A stretch of DNA of 64,000 nucleotides, taken from NCBI RefSeq assembly GCF_021028975.2, contig NC_059429.1, positions 72,416,001 through 72,480,000 of the forward strand, read 5' to 3'. The stretch is from Sphaerodactylus townsendi (Eukaryota). The translations under genes and the position numbers were made by a program. Each line of letters opens with the position of its first letter. Positions within the stretch are counted from its first letter, which is position 1. Shown here one piece after another: positions 12,812 through 25,610 of the stretch. The notes beneath the pieces are model-generated. The model made no database searches and was not told the origin of the DNA. It was given only the letters and a program-made list of their open reading frames with translations.

Positions 12812-13018
12812 TAAGAACGTAAGAACATAAGAACAAGCCAGCTGGATCAGACCAGAGTCCATCTAGTCCAGCTCTCTGCTACTCGCAGTGGCCCACAGGT
12901 GCCTTTGAGAGCTCACATGCAGGATGTGAAAGCAATGGCCTTCTGCGGCTGTTGCTCCCGATCACCTGGTCTTTGGCTGTTGCTCCCGATCACCTGCTCC
13001 CGATCACCTGGTCTTTGG
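12812..13018 (-). mobile_element. CR1 LINE 3' UTR fragment with a rearranged 5' junction
   Basis: Same family as 13684-14918; reiterated ctcccgatcacctg(gtctttgg) at 12955-13018. Confidence 0.9.
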
Positions 13019-13683
13019 TAGCTGACCAAAGAAGTGTCACTCTTAATGTGCTGGAGATATCTAGCAGGTTATGGTCTTGGAAGAAATTACAGAAGGAGGT
13101 TGGAACCTGCTAAGAGCCTTGTCCAAATACCAGTTCACATTCTTCCTATTTGTAGCAGGCCAGAAGACTGCCTCAAGCTCTGCCTCAAGCTCTGGAAAGC
13201 CTGTAAGCACAGATCTATGTGTTGCTCCAGGCCAGAAGCCCAAATGGCTGCCAAGTTTCTGTGATACTGGCCTAGGAAGAAAGTATTATTGTAATTTTTT
13301 GGCTGAGCTGCACATTAAGTTTTTATTGTAAACGCATCCCTTTTTTTGGCTTTATATGGGCATAGAAAAATCTCTAGGACCTTTTTTTAGTTTGACATGT
13401 TAGAAGCCCCTCTGAGTCCCTGGAGGGTTTCCTTTTTCCTTTTGGACCTCCATATAACTATGTTTCTATGTTTATTTAGTTTTACTGGAATTATTTTTTA
13501 GAAGCAACAAGCCAAATATTTGAAACTGTGGAAGTTAAAAGAAACAGAACTCAGAAGAGAAGGCTTTGATTTATCAGTCATCAACAGGAGAATCTCAGCT
13601 ACTTGAAAGTGAAACACTTTATAAAACACATTTAAAACACATTTAGCTTTTTAGTTTTAAGAGCACTGTAAAAGTAATATCTA

Positions 13684-14918
13684 ACTCAGCAATGAAGGAA
13701 TAAGAGGGGAAGTCCTCCTATGGATTAAAAACTGGTTGAGGAACAGGAAACAAAGGGTGGGTATAAATGGGAAGTTCTCACAATGGAGAGATGTAGGGAG
13801 TGGTGTCCCCCAAGGATCCGTATTGGGACCAGTGCTCTTTAACCTATTCATAAGTGACCTGGACGTAGGGGTTGGTAGCGTGTTGGCCAAGTTTGCAGAT
13901 GATACCAAATTATGTAGGGTGGTGAGAACCACAAAGGATTGCGAAGAGCTCCAAGCGGACCTTGATAAATTAGGTGAGTGGGCTAGGAAATGGCAAATGC
14001 AGTTCAATGTAGCAAAATGTAAAGTGATGCACATAGGGGCAAAAAATCCAAACTTCACATACACGCTACAGGGGTCAGTGCTATCAGTCACAGACCAGGA
14101 AAGGGATTTGGGTGTCTTAGTTGATAGTTCCATGGGAATGTCAACTCAATGCATGGCAGCTGTGAAAAAGGCAAACTCTATGCTGGGGATAATTAGGAAA
14201 GGAGTTGATAATAAAACTGCAAGGATTGTCATCCTCTTATGTAAAGCAGTGGTGCGACCACACTTGGAGTACTGTGTTCAGTTCTGGTCGCCACATCTCA
14301 AAAAAGGATATTGAAGAGATAGAAAAAAAAAAGGCAGAGAAGGGCAACGAGGGATGATTGAAGCGATTGGAGCACACCTTCCCTATGAGGAGAAGACTGC
14401 AGCGTTTGGGACTCTCTCTTTAGTTTGGAGAGGAGACATCTGAGGGGGGATATGATTGAAGTCTATAAAATTATGCGCAGGGTAGAAAATGTTGACAGAG
14501 AGAAATTTCTCTCTCTTTCTCACAATACTAGAACCAGGGGGCATTCATTGAAAATGCTGGGGGGGGGGGAGAATTAGGACTAATAAAAGGAAACACTTCT
14601 TCACACAACGTGTGATTGGTGTTTGGAATATGCTGCCACAGAAGGTGGTTATGGCCACTAACCTGGATAGCTTTAAAAAGGGTTTGGACAGATTTATGGA
14701 GGAGAAGTCGATTTATGGCTACCAATCTTGATCCTCCTTGATCTCAGATTGCAAATGCCTTAGCAGACCAGGTGCTCAGGAGCAGCAGCAGCAGAAGGCC
14801 ATTGCTTTCACATCCTGCATGTGAGCTCCCAAAGGCACCTGGTGGGCTACTGCGAGTAGCAGAATGCTGGACTAGATGGACTCTGGTCTGATCCAGCAGG
14901 CTAGTTCTTATGTTCTTA
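13684..14918 (+). mobile_element. 5'-truncated CR1 LINE (ORF2 reverse transcriptase C-terminus plus 3' UTR)
   Basis: ORF 13736-14314 carries GVPQGSVLGPVLF, FADDTKL and RPHLEYCVQFWSP; ends in a ttcttatgttctta tail. Confidence 0.97.
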
Positions 14919-15964
14919 ATAATAATAATTAGTGATGCAATTTGTGAACATAGATCTACAGGCAGCAAAGCCAAAGTTCCTGAGTATCCCAGTCTTGATC
15001 TTTATTACAATGTCTTTTGCCTTCTCAAAAATGCCAAAAATATAATTTTCTATTTTACAGTCAAAGAACTTTGACCAAGTGGGTTGGGTTTTATGGATCC
15101 ATTCAGCTGACAGCAGTGCCTTCCTCCAGTGCGACTAGCCTTTCACTACACACGAGAGGCTCTTCTGCTGGTGAAGTAACCCCTTGCATTTGGGAAAGGC
15201 TCCTTGCATCAGAAGAAAGTATGGCTGCTGGAACAGATTGAAAACATTCCCCTATATAAAATATGATGACAAAGAGTTCACCACTTGGTCTGTGTGCATT
15301 ATATGTAATCATTTCCTAGGCATGTGTATCAACTGTCCATCCAACTTACACCAAGAAGTCCTGAAAGATAGATGCAACAGGCCATGTTCATGGTGCTCTG
15401 TGTAAAAATCTACATGCATGCCCTACAAAGAGATGACACTGACTTTTTTCCATTTGCAAATGACAGCCATCTGTTGGAGAAAGACCCTTTCTCCCAACCA
15501 AACAGGTGAATGCTGCTGTCATAAGAAGCTGTGCAGAGCATCTCTTTAGTGCTGTGCATATGGTCTTTATTTATTTACTTATTTAAAATATTTATGTGCC
15601 TGCCTTTCTCCTGAGCATCTCAAGAGCCAAGGTGGGTAACAATAATGTAAAAGCAATTTTATATTTCAAACATTAAAAATAAAAATATTAAAACCAGTCA
15701 AAAAGTACCTTATTGCCTGCCTAGGGTGTATTTCCCCTTTTTCCATGTTCAGATTGCCCCAAATCACTTCCCAGAGTCTCTTCAGAGGCATGGAGTTGCT
15801 ACTGAAAAGACTCAAACAAATGTGACTGTTGCCAAACATGCCTTGGACAAAGGGGGCATACTTATGGAAGAACATGCTGGTAAGATCAAAGCTGCGTACA
15901 GAAACATGCAGGAAACTGCAACAGGAACTGTTTGTGGAGTTTTAGGACTTAGGAATCCCAAATA

Positions 15965-18316
15965 ACTGACAGATGGCTGTCAATACTGTAACATCATATG
16001 TCAGCTTTTGTGAAGATCTTTGTATACCAACCAGGAACTTGCGTATATATAGTAACAACAAACCTTGGTTCACAGCTAAACTTAAGCAGTTACGTCGTTC
16101 CAAAGAAGAGGCCTACAGAAAAGGTGATAGAGTGCTGTACAATCAGGCCAGAAATGTATTAACAAAGGAGATCAGAGCAGCAAAAAGAAACTACTCTGAA
16201 AAGCTAAAAAATCAGTTTTCACCAAACGAAACAGCAAACATGTGGAAAACTCTTAAAAATATCACCGGTTACAGCAAACCACCTTCCCAAGCTGAAGGAA
16301 ATCAGCAATTGGCAGACGACCTGAATGTGTTCTACTGTAGGTTTGAAAATAATCTACAGTCACCTTTCTCACACAACCTCTATTTCAGATGCACCAACAA
16401 TAGCCAAACTTCCTACAACTGCACTCCATTTCATTGGGTTTACAACCCTGGTGATCTCTGTAGAAAAGGAAGTGCAAGATCCTATTTACACAGACAGGAA
16501 GCCTGGAAAAAAAGCCACCAGGCCCAGACAAGATAACACCTTCTTCCTTAACAGTCTGCGCTGTCCAATTGGCCATCTCATCTTCACTCAAATCTTCAAC
16601 AAATCACTCGAGATGTGCTATGTTCCTCCTGCTTCAAACACTCCCCTATCGTCCCAGTGCCAAAGAAGCCTTCCATCATAAGGAACTGAACGACTCACCA
16701 GACCAGTTGCTCTAACATCTGTAGTTAAGTGAAAACTTTTGAAAAGGCTAGTGATGTATCAGTTTGAAAACCATCAACAGCGGATCCACTGTTGGACCCC
16801 TTGCAATTTGCATACCGAGCAGTAATGAATCGTAACAGATAATGCTGTTAATATGGCTTTGTACTATATTCTACAGCATCTTGAATCGCCAAAGACCTAT
16901 GCAAGGGTCCTCTTTGTTGACTTTAGTTCAGCATTCAATACTATCATACTGGACATTCTTCTAACCAAATCTAAATCAATGCTAGCAGTACCTGAGCATA
17001 TATTTGTAAGTGGATCGCATAAGCTTCCTAACAGATAGGAAACAGCAGGTGAGGCTAGGGAAAAATTACATCAGACACTTGCCCAGCAAAATGAGCATGC
17101 AGGGACCCCTAAGGCTGTGTTACTTTCACCACTTCTCTTCTCTCTGTATACCAATGACTGCATCTCAAACTATCCATCTGTTAAAATACTGAAGTTTCTG
17201 CAAGAGGATACAACAGTGATTGGTCTCATTCGTGACAACGATGAGAAACCAAGCATACAGACGGGAGGTGTTGAACAACTAGCCTCGTGGTGCCACTGGA
17301 ACAATCTAGAACTGAACACACTTAAAACTCGTAGAAATGGTGGTAGATTTCAGGAGGAAACCCTCCCATCCTACCTCCTCTCACAATACTAGACAACACA
17401 GTATCAACAGTAGAGACCTTTAGAATTTCTAGGCTCCATCATATCCTTCATGACCTAAGAGAAATGGTCACCTAACATCAAAAATGTCATCAAAAAAAGC
17501 ACAACAAAGAATGTTCTTTCTGCGCCAACTCAGGAAGCTCTCCAAACTGCCCAAGGAGCTGCTGATACACAGTTCTACAGAGGAATCATTGAGTCTGTCA
17601 TCTGCACCCTCTATAACTGTGTGGTTTGGTTCCCGGCAACCCAACAAGACTCGACACCAGACTTCAGAGAGAATAATCAGAACCTGCAGAAAAACAATTG
17701 CTGCTAACCTGCCTTCCATTGAGGACCTGTATACTGCATCGGTCAAAAAAAGGGCTGTGAAAATATTTACTGACCCCTCAAGCATCCTGGTCATAAAACT
17801 GTTTCAACTCTTACCCTCTAAGCGTTGCTAAGCAGAGGCACTGCACACCAAGACATAACTAGACATAAGAGCATGTTTTTTTCCTCGAATGCCATCACTC
17901 TAAGCTAAAACAAATAATTGCCTCGATAATGTTAAAGCTATTTATTATATAATATTATATAATTACTGCACTACTTTTTTTCATCATTCTTATTACCCAT
18001 CTCCTCCCGCTTATGACTGTATGACTATAGCCTGTGCTGACATTACATTTTATTTCATTTTATTTCATTTTATTTTATGATTTTACATTTTATGGTTTCG
18101 TTACTATTGATTGTTTCCTGATTGCTTACTAGACCTATATGACAATCATTAAGTGTTGTACCTTATGATTCTTGACAAATGTATTTTTCTTTTATGTACA
18201 CTGAGAGCATATGCACCGGAGACAAATTCCTTGTGTGTCCAATCACACTTGGCCAATAAAGATTCTATTCTATTCTATTCTATTCTATTCTATTCTATTC
18301 TATTCTATTCTATTCT
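15965..18316 (+). mobile_element. 5'-truncated Rex1/Babar-clade LINE with frameshifted RT
   Basis: ORF pieces NNKPWFTAKL, YARVLFVDFSSAFNTI, LSPLLFSLYTNDC, DTTVIGLI and KKAQQRMFFLRQLRK; AATAAA at 18255 followed by an (ATTCT)n tail at 18262-18316. Confidence 0.93.
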
Positions 18317-19430
18317 GCTAGCATCTATCACACTACACAGCAATGGATCCAGGAACATATTCTTGTGGAATCATGCACATGCGTATACAGATTGCCCTTC
18401 ATGGGCTTAGGGTGAAGAAATAATCTGTCCCCTGTTATATGTACTCCCTCACATCACTCTTAGGAATAATGGCAGAAATGCCCCTTTTGCAGTTGGTTAT
18501 GATAGTCACTGCTGACATGCCTAGATCAAGGTGATATACTCTGTCTGAACCTCCATGACTGCAATTTTTTTTATCACCTAACACTTGTAAAGCAGCTTCT
18601 TCAGTTTGTCTTGATTTACTTTGGCTTAGACTACCTTTGCAAGGTGCAGTGATCATACTGTATATTTGTAACCTTAGTTCCCTCAACAGAGATGAGAAGG
18701 CAAGTGCTTTCCTTGCAGTCAGCCTGGACTTCCTGAATATGGCTGTGAAAAACAAATCCATCCTGCTCAAGATACTGTCATCTCTATTACTGCTTGCATG
18801 TTAAAGCCAAGATAAATGTGAAATCTGAATTTTGATTCCAGACACATATACTTTGTGTGTTAATTCAGATTTTGAAATTGATATATATTGGTACCAAGTG
18901 CTGTGTGTGTGTTTGTGTGTGTGTGTATTTGTGGGCCACAAATATATTTATATATTTAGTTAGGCTCATAGGCATCACTATTATTATGTCAACTTTGCAA
19001 ATCACAATATAAATTTGAGTTTATTTCTCTCCCTGTTAGTTTAAGCATCCTGTGTTCCACAGTACAGATGTGCATGTTTGTGTGTGTGTGTAAATGCCCA
19101 CCCTTTTCTCATCTATGGTTAGGAAAGTTCCTGCCAAGCAAACCATTTAGCCTCTAGATGTGCCCTGGCTGTTTTTTACATAGTTGCTGCTTCAGAAAAG
19201 TGGCATAACTTTTTCTTCAGGGATTGGATGCTCTTTTTCAAGTGTAGGCATGACCAGAAGTCCTAATATTAGCTGCTGCCTGCAGAAAACTTATGACCAC
19301 ATTCCCAAGATGTTTCTCATGGTGTTGATAGGTAGCCTGCCTAGCTGCCCTATGTAAATAAATATTTTTACCAGTCGTTCTTGGGATGGTATACATTTCA
19401 AACAATACAACAAATAGGCTGAAGACATTA

Positions 19431-19908
19431 ACAGTGCAATCCTCAGCTGGTGGGCAGCAGGGATGGTGCCGCTCCAGCACAGCCCCACCTGCTCCAAAGG
19501 GTTTTCCCGGGTGCAGGAAGCCCAAAATTTCAACCCCTCCCCACTCATCTTAACATGCCCCATATGGCAGAATAAAGATAAGACATCCAAAATGTGGCAT
19601 ATCTCATATCTCTGTTGGCAGCTCTGCCAGCGCAAGGGGGCTGATCAGGCTGTAGGGGCCAACTAAGGTTGACCCCAGCCCACCCCCGGAATGTTCCCAG
19701 TCATGCCAGTGCACCATTTTGTGCCCACAGGACTGGCTGATGAAGCAAGCTCCTAGGTTGGCTGCCATGGAGCTGTGCAGCACCCAGCCAAGTTGCCCCT
19801 CTGCTGATGCATTTGCCCCTTGCACCGGCAGAAAGGGCATTTCCATTGGCACAGGGCTGCACTGGCTCCAGAAGGAAATTCATTCCCCCGCCCCCAGATT
19901 GGGCTGCC
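19431..19908. mobile_element. GC-rich MITE
   Basis: Imperfect TIRs cagtgcaatc and gattgggctg; GC-rich interior. Confidence 0.45.
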
Positions 19909-21548
19909 CAAGTATAAAACAAGAATACCTTAAAACGAATATAGCAATATATTAAAATGAATATAGCAATACAAAGAATGAAAAAGCTACAACAGCAAAA
20001 TTAAACAGCAGCATTAACCCTCAGCAGAGGCAAGGTTATGAGCATTGTGCAGGTCTAAAGGCTCAAAGACGACCATATACTTTATGGAAGGGGATTGAGA
20101 GAAGATGCTAAGAACATTAAATGAGGAGACATAGAAAACAAATATGTTTTCAGCCAGTGAAAGACTCATAAAGACTTAGTACTGGGGAAATGACTAAGGT
20201 AAGATGTTCCACAATTGGGTGACAAATGTAAAAAGGCCCTATTTCTAAAAACATAAAAACAAAAATATCACTCTTTTAGGTCTTGTTTGGCAAGCAAACT
20301 CCTTATTGATCAGAAGAAACAACCAGAGAATAGCCTGCCTGCTTTTCAGTACCTTTTTATAAGTATACAAAAATGGTGTGACTCCCCTGTTCTCCCTACT
20401 CACCTTACCACCCACCTGTTCTCTGGACCTATTTTACAGGAAGAGGCATCTGTCCTTGTGCATTTCCTATGTGCTGTTTGGCTTGATTAAATACCAGCAA
20501 TCAGATGTATAGTTCCTGTGCAGAAGATCAGAGGCAATTGCCTCAGGTCATAGAGCAGCTACAGGACTAGCTCACATGTTATGGTTTGCCTCATAACACC
20601 GAAAGCTACTGTTCTCCTACTGCATTCCCAGAGTCTTTCAAAGACAGAATCCTTTCAGCTACATCCAGCCAAAAAACATTCCTCTTAAATCCTTGATTCC
20701 AACATTCAAAAAGTCTTTCTATGCACCTCAGCCAAAACTTTAATAGAACATTTGTTCTTATTCTGGATTCTACACCCGCCCACCCCAATTGTCATGATTA
20801 TTGTAACAACAAGGCTCTGTCCTCTCTCAGGAAAGCGTAAACACTGTTTGTCCTTCCATCTTAATTTGAATATGCACGCTTTTAAATCACCTTTGAAGAA
20901 AAAGAGAACTAACATAGCTGGGAGAGCACTGAGTAAGGAACAAAACTGGCCCAACTTCACCAGTCAGCATGAGAGCAGATGAAACTAGCTGTGAATGAAA
21001 AGTGGCTCTGAATAGAAAATAAACATTTTACAGTCACTACACTCCCCACAACTTTTCTGTTTGCTCAGTTAGGTCCTTGCAGATTTTTTATTTGTTTAGA
21101 AATACCAGAAAGAAAAAAATTAATGATTTATGAGGACCTTTTTTTTATTTAGCCTGATTTTTATTTCCCTTCAGCAATTGTATATTTTGCTTTTCCACAT
21201 CAAGGATATATAAAGCAGCTTTATGTACAGAACGTTGAGACTGACCATGTCCCCCACTAACACACACATATGCAGAATTGTCATCCTTGCAATCGTTCTC
21301 TGTGAGGCAGTCAGCATTTTGTAGTACTTCTTTCCCTAACAGGTTACATGGCGTACTCATTCTGCATCTAATCCACAGCTATTTAAAGTCCACCTGTGTG
21401 GAATTTTTACCCCCATATTGCATGGCAGAGTTGCTTGAGAGCCACCATGCCCCCCCCCCCAGACAAAAGTGCTCTGTGAATTTGATACATATGAGACACA
21501 AACTGCCTGTTGAATGAAATGAGACATGCATGTCTCTCAAAAAGTACT

Positions 21549-22325
21549 TGTAACGATTGAATACGTTGTGTGTTCCTTTAAAATGAGAAGCAAATTATAG
21601 AAGGAAGGGGGGTGAAAGGGGAATGACAGAGTGATGTGATTGGTTGATATTGGAGAGTGGCCCTTTCCCCACTTACCGTTTGCTGCGCGCTACTCTCCCC
21701 AAATAGAACGGGGTCCTGCGGCGCTCCCCACGAGTCCGGGCGGCGACAATGCAGCCGCCCCAACTCTTTCGCTCTCCCGTTCCCTCAGCGCACGTCATTT
21801 CTGGCGCTGAAAAAACGGCACCTTTTGATGACGCGGGGCAGTGGGGAACACGACCCCGCGCCAGAAATGACTCACACTGAGAGTAGCGCGCCGCAAATGG
21901 TAAGTGGGGAAAGGGCCAGTGATTGAAGGGTTTTGTACAGAGAGAGAGAGAGAGAGAGAGTGGGCAAAAAACTGAGAGTGTGAGGCTATCTGGCTAAACT
22001 GATAGTGAGAAGGGGACATAGTGATATTAACAGCCCAAAGAACTGCCCAAAGAAATAGACAGAAACATTGAGAGACTAGAAATGAAGTCAAATCCTAATA
22101 TGGTCTCAGAGATGTAAAGGAGTGAGAGAGTGGATTGATGTGAAGTGTAACCTCAGCCAGAGGTTATTGACTCAGATTGTTTTATTTATTGTGAATTCTT
22201 TCTTTTAATCTTTAAGTTAAAGAACATATATGAAATAAAATTTGTTAAATGTAACCTGGAATTCCACACTGGTGATTTCCTCAAGACTACATAGTCCTCT
22301 GAGACTGCTTTGAGGCTCGGACACA
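21549..22325 (+). mobile_element. Solo LTR containing a nested MITE and a (GA)n tract
   Basis: TG...CA ends with flanks gtact/ctact (5-bp TSD, 1 mismatch); AATAAA at about 22234. Confidence 0.5.
21659..21917. mobile_element. PIF/Harbinger MITE
   Basis: About 40-bp TIRs, ggccctttccccacttaccgtttgctgcgcgctactctc and gagagtagcgcgccgcaaatggtaagtggggaaagggcc; 3-bp TSD AGT on both sides. Confidence 0.9.
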
Positions 22326-22381
22326 CTACTTTAGGAGGGAATAAAAAGGAGTTTGGAATTAAATGCAGCAATATATAAATC

Positions 22382-22468
22382 CAGCAATATATAGATATGG
22401 AATTCAGCAATATATAGATATGGAATTCAGCAATATGTAGATATGGAATTCAGCAATATGTAGATATG
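22382..22468. repeat. 23-bp tandem repeat, about 4 copies (cagcaatatRtagatatggaatt)
   Basis: Directly visible. Confidence 0.9.
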
Positions 22469-24524
22469 AAAATAAAGGAATAAATAAGCATTATTTTTCA
22501 CCTATCATATTTATTTATGAAGGAATAAGAGAGTGGTAATTGAAGTACTCAGCTGGAAAATATACTTGAAAATCTGTCTGCTCACCCAGAACAAAAGTCA
22601 CAACAATGTGAAGATGTATAATGAGGAACAAAATTGGGGAGATTTGAAAAGTCGGTCATATCCTCCATGGAGTGGAAGCATATTAACCAAGTTCCCCAGA
22701 TTTTCCCTGAGATTGCCCCAGCAGCAGCTATTTCTTTCCCCTGCCTGAGGTGCTTTAATTTTTTTTGTTGGCACTATAATATTGCTATAGCAATTTAATA
22801 TTATAACAAATATGTGCACCTCTGATTTCTCATTTTCATTTTTTTAAATGTAATACTTTATCCCCTTCCATTGCAGAATGGAAAGCTGGGAATTCAACAA
22901 ACCTGATACATGCAGCTACTGGGAATTTTGTCCCCCCTCAATCCCACTCCCTTGGCAGCCCTCTCGTATTAATGTCTGGTGGGTGCAAAAAACCCAGTCC
23001 AGTTTAGACTCTAGATATATTGTTTTGCCAGTAATTTTTATTTGCAGTGTTATCTTCAAGAATGTAACTTAAAGAAGTAGAACTCTGTTAGGCTGTGTGA
23101 GAATGCACATTCAGAAAAAAAACTAATTGTGCTATACTGTACTTCTAGGAAGGAATATGTTGATGCAACCTGCCAAGCAGCCACAAACTGGTTGCTGAAT
23201 CATCTCAAAAAAATAATCTTCCTTTTTATTACTTACAAACAGAATATATGTTCAACGGGTGGGTGTTCAAGCATCCCAATTCATTATCAGAAATATATAT
23301 TTGAGTGGAATGTCAGAATAAGAATTGGGGTTTTTTTGCGCATTCATGCACTATAATAATTAATAAAATAACGCCCTGTAAAACCAACCCCTTGTTTGCA
23401 GAAAAACATATTTTCATTATTTATGTATTTTAAGTTTTTTTTATGTTGTACAAGCATGCTACTGCCTTGATTTGGCTAAAGCATAGCTGTACACTGGGAA
23501 TGCAGAGGCTGCAGTGAACCAAGACAACCTTTGGGGAACTCTTCTTCTCTCATGTCTGGCTCAGCCAGTTTGGATAACATAAGAACTGCACACAAGTTAG
23601 GGATTTCCCTCCTGTGGAAATAGCTAGCTGGCACCACAGGTAGTTATTTCACCCTTTGGCCTAGCACTAAGCTCAACCATTGTGGTCTGGAAAATTAGCG
23701 TTCCAGTCAATCCACCAAAAACCTCTTTCCCAAGAGTTACTCTATTTCTTTATATTAATGTTGTTCATAGTAAGATGGTCACATGTACATCCCATTCCTC
23801 TCATGAAGATTCCTGAAGATATAGCTTCTTACAAGCCACAATAGACTCATGGCAGAAGAACTGCATGACTAAGTAGGGAACTGCCACAATCACGTTAATA
23901 GAGGGCCACTCCCCACTCACCATAAGCCACGGGGTCACCTCTTTAAAAGACACGAGGGAGAGGGGTGGCGGATCTGAACTGTTCCAGCTCCTGGTACTTA
24001 TTTTCTCCATCCTGTTTCCCCAAGTGATTTTCAACCAGCTGATTTATTGTCTGGCATAAGATTTTAGCTATACAGAAAAGCACTCTGCAACAGAAGCTTC
24101 AAGAAGGAAGGGATGGGAATGGAATTGTTCTAAACTGTTTGGCATGTGTTTCTTCTGCCCAAGATCCGTCTATTTTCTATGTTATTGATGCAGTTCCAAA
24201 TTTCAGCAAATAGACTTGAGCAGGGCTGGCAAAATCCTGAAATGCAGTGATAGGAGAAGAGAAGATTCAGCATCTGCTGCTGCTGCTTACCTCTCCACAG
24301 TAGCTTACAGAAGACTTGGACCCTCTTCCATGGACATCCATTTGGCCCTTTATATGGGTCAGGCTTAACTGCATGCTGGGATGGATCCCCTCACACCATC
24401 TCAACTCACTGAGGCATAATAACCACTCTGACCAGGCTTGTCAGATTTCCCTCCTTTTTCAGGGACTGCATTGCTTTAGATATGGTATCATAAGATGGTA
24501 TAAAAGCTTATTCAGTCCTTTAAC

Positions 24525-25610
24525 TGTCCCAGAAAGTGAAAGGTGCCTGTTGTTTTAAACTTTTTGGCAGACTCCTTAATAAGGCACAAAATAATACTGA
24601 CACAGATTTCAAACTTAAACAGAATCAAAGATTTATTTAATAGAGGAGAGATGGGAATAGGAGATGAATAAGGAAAAAATAAGGCAGGAGAAATATATGT
24701 ACAAGTGCTTTGGCAAAATTCAATTGTTAGCTTCAGACACAGGCTTATTCAGTTTCAGGTACAGTAGCTTAGATGTTCTTAGATGGTACAGTTTCTTAAG
24801 ATGTTCTTCAGATGGTATTGGCTTATGGATTACACACACAGGCCCTAATATGGGCTGGTACTTCACCTCATTATCATCACAACCTCCTCTCCATTAGAAA
24901 CCCCAAATAAACATAAAACTCTCTCTCTGGAGGAAAATGAAGCCAAACCCCATACACTAGACTGTTGGTCCCAGGAATTCTTCCCTCTCTGGAAGATCTG
25001 TTCCTCTATGGTTATATATATGGCCACCTCAGTTTGGGCCCATCAATAACCCACCACCAGTTATCTAGTCGGGTATTCTATTGCTTTCATATAGCACAGG
25101 CTGTCACTAGTAGAACCAGTCAGGTTTTCACACACACACTAACTGACCTACTCTCTCAGAAAAGATATGTTTAGCTCAGTTAAGGCAGATAGCTCTTTAC
25201 TTAAGAAACTCCAAAATCTAAAAGCCTCTCAAATTGTTCTTGTTAAGGAATTATCCTCCTCCCTCTCTGTGTCATCAAGTTGCTGTACCCATCAAAGTTC
25301 AGGAGCCACATTCAATCAGGTGGCTTCCTGTTCTTAAGCCTTATTCACCATTCTGAACAGCAATGGCTACTGACAGACCTGCACTTTTTAACTCACTTAT
25401 TCTGTGCAGTCCATCACACATGTCTGGGAGCAGGTTCAGTCTCATACAAGCTGCTTCTGTCATGTCTAGTTACCAAAAGCAATTCTGTATTTCTCAATAT
25501 TCTCTAAGAGACCATGAAAGCCTAAGAAGTTTCCAGGGTCCCCTTCAAGCTGAGGGAGTTTTTTCCCATTCCTGGGGGCTAAAGACATAGAATCCGTCTG
25601 CCTTAGCCCA
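24525..25610 (-). mobile_element. Solo LTR related to 59252-60402 (boundaries approximate)
   Basis: Shares collinear blocks (aaacttaaac..gatttatttaa, ggcttatggat, cctaa.at.ggct.ggtac, aaacataaa.ctct) with 59252-60402; reverse AATAAA at about 24632. Confidence 0.55.
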
